Under the pieces are notes generated by a model. The model saw only the letters and a program-made list of their open reading frames with translations. It was not told the DNA's origin and ran no database searches. From Camelus ferus (taxonomy: Eukaryota), in assembly GCF_009834535.1 (NCBI RefSeq), contig NC_045697.1:38008001-38072000 (forward strand): a DNA stretch of 64,000 nt, given 5' to 3'. Numbering within the stretch: position 1 is the first letter of the stretch; the number at the start of each line of letters is the position of its first letter. A program made the position numbers and the translations under genes. This document shows, one piece after another, positions 56,369 through 64,000 of this stretch.

Positions 56369-56705
56369 CAAGGCCTAGCGGGTCCCCAGCGAAAGCCCTC
56401 TCTGCACCGGGTTTCGGGCTTTCCCCGCCGCTCTGCGGCTCGAATCGGACCCTGCCCCTGGGTGCGCTCCGGCCACCCGGCGCCGCCGGGCACCCCAATC
56501 CCGCCCCTGGCCCGCAGGTAACCCCGGCGGTCCAGGAGGGCCCCGCCACCGGGGCGGGCCTCCGCCCCAACTCCCGAGAAAAGACACATTAGGGCGACAG
56601 GCAAAACTTGGGCTTCAGCGCCCACCTGCCCCTCCCCTGGCCGCCGCCCCCTGGCCCCACACAGGCCGCCCCCTCCCCACTCCCTCCCCTTCCCCGCGCC
56701 CTCAC

Positions 56706-56900
56706 CGTGTGGCTTGCGGCGGCTCCGGCTTCTTCCTTCCCCCACCCCCGTGTCTACCTGAGGTGACTCGGAACTAACAGCCCAGCTGCGTCCGGGAGAC
56801 GCCGAGGCTCCCAGCACGAGCAGCACCTGGGGCTGAATGAAGCCCCCCACCCACCCCAAAAACATTCACCGCTACTGCCGCCCGCTCCTCCTCCCCCTCC
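56706..56900 (-). other. CLOCK: CLOCK alternative (proximal) first exon (non-coding); 5' end approximate
   Basis: Minus strand GGAGGAGCGGGCGGCAGTAGCGGTGAAT...GAAGCCGGAGCC...CACG|GTGAGG. It resembles the 5' end of mouse Clock mRNA as recalled. Confidence 0.72.
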
Positions 56901-56930
56901 CTTCCCTTCCCCTCCTCCACCGGCACAGGG

Positions 56931-57217
56931 AGCACGCATGCGCCGCCCAGACGAGCCTACCGGCGGACGCCAGGCCCTGGGCCCACCGGTGGGGCGCCAC
57001 TCACCGGGAGCGCGCACGCGTCAGCGGCCAGATTTTCTTCGCGCTCTTGCTCTCGGGGGTTTCCTTTTATAAGCCGGTAGCCGCAAGCCGAGTCTGTGAT
57101 TGCGCTCCCTCCCGACGCATGCGTCGTCAGTGATCCCCGCGGACTCCGACGGCCGGCGCTCTGCGTTCGCCCCTCCCTTCACTCTCCCTTTCCCCGGCGC
57201 GTCTCGGTGCGCATGCG
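56931..57217. promoter_or_regulatory. Cluster of NRF1-like CGCAYGCG sites
   Basis: CGCATGCGCC at 56935, GCGCGCACGCG at ~57010, palindrome CGACGCATGCGTCG at 57113-57126, TGCGCATGCG at 57208. Confidence 0.6.
57005..57130 (-). other. CLOCK: CLOCK distal first exon (non-coding); 5' end approximate
   Basis: Minus strand ...AAAAGGAAACCCCCGAGAGCAAGAGCGCGAAGAAAATCTGGCC...GCTCCCG|GTGAGT with a consensus donor. It resembles the human CLOCK exon 1 as recalled. Confidence 0.85.
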
Positions 57218-58789
57218 GCTTGCCCCGTTAGGTGGCGCGGAGCTGCGGAGGGGATCCCGGGCGCTGAAGACTTCGACTCCCTTGGCCGCGCGTGTGCGAG
57301 CTCCGACGCCGCCGCCGGGCGCAGAGGGAAACCGCGAACTCCCTGGCGCCCCCTTCCCCGCACGGGTTACTGGAAAGCCGGGGAGCCGGGGCCTGGTCTG
57401 GGAGGGAGCGGCTGGTCCGGGGAGCGTTAGCGTTAGGTAGGGGCGGCTTTGGCTTTCTCACCCTGGATGCAGGGAGCGAGGAGGAGGAAGAAGAGTTCTT
57501 ACATGAGGGATCCAGAAGCCAAAAAGGGTGCCATCTCTCCCTTGAAAAGCGGATTACTTTGACGACGCCAGGAAAAGAAAATTTTTCTTTCAACGTCACT
57601 TGCGTTTCCTCTCCAGGGACTGGAAGAGGGGATTTTCGAAGGTGCCTGGACCGCCTGGGCCTGGGGAGACAGGACGAGCGCCCTTGGCAGGAGTAGGGAG
57701 GCAAAAGAAGGTCCGGATGTGCCCATTTGGAGTTTCTCACCTGGCCTTTAAGGAAGTATGAAGAAGGATGGATGAAGCAGTGGGGATACACCAGGACCCT
57801 AATTTGCACCGCTTCCCTTGTTAGAAAAACGTGACTACCTCCCACTTGTCTTAGGGAGAACTTACTTTCCTTGATGTGAAGACACCCTTGGTCCACATAG
57901 GAAGGCACATTAAGTAGCTGAAAGTGATTGGAAAAAAGGTCTTTACACTCCTAAAATTCCTAGTTTTCATATTTTAATGAATGTCCTTTGGATTTGAAAT
58001 AGAAGCCATTTTCTTGTTTCAAAAAATAAAACTTTTGGCTATAAAATTCTTCAAGCTAACATTCATCTCAATAAACATTTCAAATTCTAGCTGTGTGCTC
58101 TAGAGAAAAAGAACATCAAAATTGAGGAACTTATTCAGATCATTCACCTGCGGATTTTTCTGTCCAGAGTGGGAAAACATGATTTGCTAACTTACTCCAT
58201 TATATAGCAGACAAGATTTTACTAGACATATTTTCCTGCTTAGCTTTTATTCCCTATTCTGATAATTTCCTTTGAAGAGCTATCCTTTCTTCACTCTCAG
58301 TCCCTATGGCTGGGGCAGGACTCCAGGGGAAAACATATTTGAGTTAATCCTCTGCCTTTGGCCATAACTTAACCAAGAAGGGTGCTCACTCTTTTCCAAT
58401 GAATATAAGTCTGAAAAAATGGAGGCCTAAAGCCATCTTCCTACTCAATAGATTCTGAGAGAGAAGGCTGTGTGAAAAAAAAAAAAAAAAAGGCAGATTC
58501 AAAATGGAGATGTGGCCTGGGGCATGTTTGATGCCCTGAATCCAACGAGGACTAGATAATTCCAGAAATGTCAGCTAAATTGGTCAATAAATCCTTTCAT
58601 GTGTTTATTTTATCGCTAAAACAAATGAGAGGTTTTCTGTCACTTGTGATGGTAACAACATACTGGTAGCAAGAGAGGAGGCAAGATTAATAATACCGAT
58701 AAAGTAGGTTGCAGCCAGACAAGAGGGTTTAAATGCTTTTCCCAGGTTGTGGCCGTTTGGATTTTATTCTAGAGAAGGTGATCCCTCTT

Positions 58790-59625
58790 ATTCTCCATCA
58801 TCTAGAACACATATCTTCAAAAATACCTTTGCCCTTTTTAATGATTCCACTGTCCTCTTAGTCACTAGGAACAAATCATGTTCGTGTTTGACTCCCTCCT
58901 CTCTCACTTTCTGTATTTAATCATTTACCAAGACCTGTTGATACTCCCGTTTTTCTGCTCAGTCCTCTGCCACTGCTTGAGCATTTCTCATGGCTCAGTT
59001 CACAACTTCCCTTTCTCCCCATATCTCTCCAAGAAGAAAACTGTATCAGATATTTTTGATAACTTTTCCAACTACGAGATTGCACTTCTCCCTAAAACAA
59101 AAATCCTGCCTCATAGTTTCATAGACCCTAAGTTTGTCCCCTAGCCTAATCATGGTCATAATACCCTGTTTGATCTGGCCCCTGCTACCTCTCTAACCTC
59201 ATGTCCTACCATTTTCTCTTTTTCATAACACTTCCACCCAGAAACTTCCTTCAGTTCCTTGCTAATCTCTCTGTATTCTCAGGCTTTGGCACATGGTGTG
59301 CCCTTGACTGGACCACCCTCCTACCTTTTCTCATGGCTGACTCCTCCTCAATCTTCATGTCTCAAAGTTCTAACTATCCTATTTAGGAGGTCTCCCTTAT
59401 AACTCTCACATGCCCCCCACCCAGTACCCACAGTTATTCTCTATTAGCGCACTCACTATTTTTTTTTTTTTTGATATTTGTTTTCTTATCTATTAACTAT
59501 CTTCCCCACCCAACCACCACCACCATCACATGGTAAATTCCAGGAGGCAAGAACCATGTGTTGTGTTCACCCCTGCATATGCAGCATCCATTTCAGTACT
59601 TGAGTTAAACTGAATGAATGAATGA
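58790..59625 (+). mobile_element. L2 3' region
   Basis: tgatctggcccctgctacctctc, ggctgactcctcctca; ends tgaatgaatgaatg. Confidence 0.75.
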
Positions 59626-60849
59626 CATGAGAGATAAAACATGCTAGAAGATTTTTAGGCTCATTCTTATATCCTAAATTAAGATTGTAGGCAGATTACA
59701 GTGTTGTCAAGAGGTAAACTTAGCAATGTGTATTAAAGTGCAAAGGAGAGAGAAACTGAAAACAGTGAAACACTAAGTACTGTGTTAGTAACTATTTGAG
59801 TACCCACAAGAATATGTAATATTGTAACGGACACAGCTAACACCTAAATAAGAGGCTGCTGAGTGAAGTTCAAAATGGGAACAAAGAACATGAAGTACTC
59901 ATCCTCTAAATAGCTGCCAACATTTGGGGCCAGATAACTTATTCCTTTAGCCAGGACTAAAAGCTGGCAAAACGACCCAACATGGTCAAAACCTCCAACC
60001 CCTACTTTCAGGCAATATAAGCAGAGAATATGGGAAAAGGAGGATGAGAGAATCATTGGAGCCATGTCTTAACTAAATTCCTGGAGAGTACTATGGCTTT
60101 TCCTTTCCTATTTTTCACTTACCTATTCTGAGTTAAGTAAACAAGGCTCCAACAGAATCAGCTAGAGAAGAGACTGGCATCTCATGCCTTATGGATTTGT
60201 TGATATGCCCTACATCTACATAAACAAGAAGACAGAAACTTGGAGAGAAACAAATGGCCAGGAAGAGGGTTAAAGGAAAGCAACGTGCACTCCTACAACT
60301 TGGCATGGCAAGGATGTATAAGTTTCTCCTGGGTCCATCAATGATGTGTAGAAAGTACCAACCAGATTTGAAACATCTTGACACATAAGGGGAAAAGAAA
60401 TTCTAGCAGCTAGCAGCTGGGTGTACTTCTAGGAGTGGGAACGGAGAGAGATCAAAACAGAGGGCACTCTGCAAACTGATCTCTCATGTCAAGGAGCTTT
60501 ACCATGGAGAGGCTGCCTCAGAGTTTCTAGGAGAACTCAGTGTGCTCGTTAGAGTGAGCATTTAGATGCAATATGGATTGTACTTACCCAGTTAAGAAAA
60601 ACTTATCCCTTTCTTCCCTAATCTCCCTCCCAGTTTCCAATACCAGAGAGAATGGACCGTGAAAAGAGAGGGAAATAATTGGCCAAAAACAAACTCTACT
60701 TTCCATCTTCAGAGTTCCTGAGTCGCAAGTTCAGCCAGAGAACACTTGCCTCGGAACTGAGATTGGACTTTAAACCAGACAGACTTTTAATAACGAAATT
60801 TTGAAAGAAGAGTTAAAGAATCTGCTCAAGATGTCTTTAAGGGGTCTGC

Positions 60850-60992
60850 TACCCAGTACTGCTTAATCACCTAAAGATCTCATTAAAACAAAAATTCCAA
60901 TTCAGTTAGTCTGGGATGGGACCAGAAATTCTACATTTCTAACAGGCTCCCTGGGGATGCTGCTGATTTGAGGACCACACTTTGACAAACAA
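60850..60992. mobile_element. MER5A-like element
   Basis: attcagttagtctgggatgggacc...catttctaacaggctccctggggatgctg...ggaccacactttga. Confidence 0.75.
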
Positions 60993-61052
60993 GGCTCTAT
61001 AAAGTAGGTAAGGGAGTTCTAACAGAGCATGGTTGGCAGCAAGAAATAAAGT

Positions 61053-61120
61053 ATTAGGTTGGAATATATGAAATATTCACTTTTGTAGGTCAAAAACAGT
61101 TTAATATTGGCAAATTCTAA
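61053..61120. mobile_element. MADE2-like mariner MITE
   Basis: ttaggttgga.tatatgaaat...ttttgtaggtcaaaaac.g..taatattggcaa. Confidence 0.6.
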
Positions 61121-62989
61121 AAACATTTCACATTTGTATCCCATGGAATAAAAATTCATTCAATAAAATGGGATACACAATATTAAATATTACATAATTT
61201 CCCCACATTCTAACAAATATTTATACCCTATTTAAATGAGAATGTAAAAAATGAAGTAGGGTATGAAGTAGTACTGACCTGTGTTGGCAAGCATGAGTAC
61301 TTGCTAGAAGAATGTGTCTGTGTTTGTGCATCATTTGAAAAAGGCTGAGGCTGGAATCAAGACCAGCCACCTCCAACATGCTGTAATTCTATGATTTTTA
61401 CAAATGTTAAAGTTTTCATGAAACTTGTGGATAAAAACTACTGCCACCTGGTGGATTTGAATTAAGAGTTAAGAAATCTGTGTCTTTTTATTCAGCTACC
61501 TTAAATACTATTAATACTACCTTGTTAATTTTAACATAAAAAAAGAGAAAATAGGAAAATGTATATTTACTTAAACAAAAGATTACATTTAGGGGAACCT
61601 TTATTTATATGCAGTAGATGGCATTAAAGTTACATTTTAACTTTATGATAATATGGCTTTTCCTTTCATTTCCATAACTGTTTTATCCTGAATAGGAGTT
61701 TATTCATCCATTTGTTAGAGAATTTCAGGAGTTGGACCCTATACATAATTCTCTTATATGTGTGCATAAAGCTATAATACAGACCATTGTGAGCAACTCC
61801 CAACTTTCCTTCCCTTCATTCCAATTAGTATATTTTTAAAACCTTTTCTTTGCTTTCTTGGAAGAAAGAGCTCTTTCTAATTCTTTCCAAAGTTAGATCA
61901 TTTGATGTTACCTTATTGGTGAAATAAATTACTATTACCTTCCTCACGTCCGTACTTAACTTGCCTTCACTTCGCCATTCTCTGCAGCCTCTATGATCCC
62001 TACCCACCCCCAGGAACAGCACAGCCTCTTCTGACTCCATGTTCAACTGTCTCAATTCTCGCCAATTTATTTTTGTAATCTAATCATTTAAACTTAGTCT
62101 AGATTTCTTCACCAACATTAGTGAATATCTATAATCAGAATGATGAGTCATCAATGCAAACAAAGTAGAAGAGTAAAATCTGTTATTGAACTACTACATG
62201 CTAGATTTACCACCATTTTCTCTAAATGTGATGTTCCTTATTAAGCCAAGATAAAAAAAAATCCTGCAGGTCTTCTGCAGCATCCTAATATTGTATGTTT
62301 TCTCACGATGAATTCTTCTGTGATTACTGTGAAGACATAGGTGAGCCTCACAATATATTTTTCTCACTTCTCATGATTTAGAAACTTACATGTCATACAG
62401 TTCTAGATTCTACAGTCTGTTAGTGGGACTACTTAGTAAGTTGGTATTTTCTAATGATAATAGAACAACTATTAAAAACGATATTAATGAGTGGAGATAT
62501 TTCTTATGTACTTTTTTTAAATTGCATTTTTCTATTGAGTGGTTAAATTTTTTTTAATAGATATAAGATTTTAAAGAAAAAGCGCATGGTCATAAATTTA
62601 AGGATTTTTCATTCAAGCCCCTAAATAATAGACTTTAATATCTACTGATGTAAATTAAATGAAATCTCACGGTGCTCTTTCATCATTTTCATTCATAGGC
62701 CTCTTTGGAAGTGAGCAGGCCACACAGAGGACTTGGAATATGTTCGTTTTTGTCCAACAAGGATCAGAAAAAGGATAAACTACAGAAAAACTTAAGGGAG
62801 TTCAGTACAAATTCCGGTTTTGTCGGAGGCAATGAATATTCAGAAACAGCTGTAAGTTTTTATAATGACATATAAGCTATAATTCTAATATAAAAACGAA
62901 ATAAAATAGATCTATGTATAAATTTTCTCATCTCTGACTATAAAGGCAGTGACAAATAAAGTATTCCATATACTAACACCTTAAAGCTA

Positions 62990-62995
62990 TTTATT
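62990..62995 (-). terminator. Candidate PDCL2 polyadenylation signal AATAAA
   Basis: Plus-strand tttatt reads AATAAA on minus, 8 nt after the PDCL2 stop codon. Confidence 0.45.
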
Positions 62996-63003
62996 AAGTA
63001 TTT

Positions 63004-63161
63004 CTACTTGGTATCATCATTATCACTGTTTGAACTACTAGTGTCGTCATAAATAGAAGTGTTTCTAATTGAAGATACCATCACATCCACAGTGCCTTTT
63101 TTGGGATTTTCTTCCAAATCAGTCTGTATTGCTCCAACTTCTCCTAGCTTCCATTCAAGTT
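63004..63161 (-). CDS. PDCL2: Phosducin-like 2, last coding exon (partial CDS): (E)[51 protein letters not shown]
   Basis: Acceptor ttattgcag before 63161, then 2 nt plus 51 codons and TAG at 63004-63006. The peptide matches the PDCL2 C-terminus as recalled ([20 protein letters not shown]...SSIRNTSI...DNDTK). Missed by the ORF track. Confidence 0.93.
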
Positions 63162-63169
63162 CTGCAATA

Positions 63170-63900
63170 AATAGCCCATTAAATCAGATAAAAATCTTGG
63201 AAAAAATGAAAGGAAGAATTTTTCATCTATATGAAATAGAAGTTGACGCTAATAAAGTTAATGTGGAAATGATATATTTAGAACTGGATTATAATGAATG
63301 TACTACAATATCAAAATATACATTGGATACAGCAAAGTTATACTTAAAGGGAGAAATTATGGTTAAAATGTTTATTTTAAAATGCCTGAAAATAGTGCTT
63401 TGAAAGTTCAAATCAAGAAGCTAGGAAAAGAACAATAAAGTAAACCCAAGCAGAGAGAGGGATATGATGAAGAGAATTCTTTAGCAAAAATAGAAAAACA
63501 AAATCAGTAGAGGTGACGAACAAAATCAAAAGTTGGTTCTTTGAAGAGAGTAATAGACACACCTCAGGCAAAAATGATCACAAGAAAAGTAAAGAAATCA
63601 AATAATATAAAGAATTTACATGGGGCATAACCAAGATTTTAAAGCCATAAGACTACTATGAAAAAATTTATGCCAATAGTTTTGAAAATTTTAAAGGGAA
63701 AATTTCAACAAAAATGTGAATTACAGAAAAATATCCAAGAGAGAAATCTGAAAAGAACTGAATGGATAACCAAAATCCCCCATCCTGGCAAATTCATGGT
63801 TTTGTTAATGTATTCCTAAGTACTATACAGATGAACAGAACATTTATGAAGAAAATTACAAAATACACTTATGAGGAAAATTACAAAATATATTACATTA
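63170..63900 (+). mobile_element. Decayed L1 ORF2 fragments in the last PDCL2 intron
   Basis: caagaagctaggaaaagaaca and caaaatcaaaagttggttctttgaa. Confidence 0.7.
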
Positions 63901-63912
63901 CATAATGTAATA

Positions 63913-64000
63913 CAATTGACCCTTGAACAACATACATTTGAATTGCAGGGGTTCACTTACATGTGGAATTTTTTCAATAAGCATACTACAGTGCTACATG
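63913..64000. mobile_element. TcMar-Tigger left end (runs off the window)
   Basis: ta-caattgacccttgaacaaca...tttgaattgcaggggttcactta. Confidence 0.75.

Larger units (their letters stand above)
1..57130 (-). other. CLOCK: CLOCK gene, 5' part (promoter, non-coding 5'UTR exons, large introns); coding exons lie left of the window
   Basis: Several minus-strand segments with canonical splice sites match the human and mouse CLOCK 5'UTR as I recall it. PDCL2 lies just upstream on the same strand, the known PDCL2-CLOCK synteny. Confidence 0.92.
55900..57700. promoter_or_regulatory. CpG island / CLOCK promoter
   Basis: Abrupt GC- and CpG-rich stretch in an AT-rich, CpG-depleted background. It contains GC boxes, NRF1-like sites and first-exon donors. 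Confidence 0.95.

Noticed and set aside
55973..57908. Many overlapping ORFs of up to 226 aa
   Set aside because: Stop-poor GC-rich CpG island with low-complexity P/G/R/A peptides; no recognisable protein.
61082..61197. RORE-like TTTGTAGGTCA and D-box-like TTACATAA upstream of CLOCK
   Set aside because: The first is intrinsic to the MADE2-like element and mismatched; the second is common in AT-rich DNA.
63059..63403. 114-aa plus-strand ORF
   Set aside because: Antisense shadow of the PDCL2 exon plus L1-derived sequence.
63843..63890. 25-bp tandem duplication ttatgaRgaaaattacaaaata
   Set aside because: Two-copy slippage in a decayed L1; not an array.

Overview
Mammalian genomic DNA, probably camelid given its tRNA-derived Vic-1-like SINEs. 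The window holds the 5' non-coding half of the circadian gene CLOCK on the minus strand: a CpG-island promoter at ~55.9-57.7 kb with alternative first exons, and 5'UTR exons at 55674-55755, 28826-28978 and 8893-8984. I did not find the CLOCK start-codon exon, which should lie beyond the left edge. The last coding exon of PDCL2 (minus, 63004-63161) lies ~6 kb upstream. The introns are packed with L1, L2, MIR, MLT and DNA-transposon relics, which account for most of the ORF track. I found no new protein-coding system. The most interesting signals are regulatory: a four-half-site REV-ERB DR2 array deep in a CLOCK intron, uORFs in the 5'UTR exons, an internal splice donor that would rewire those uORFs, and a candidate antisense exon. 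Human and mouse comparisons are from memory and need a real alignment. Repeat boundaries and subfamilies are approximate.
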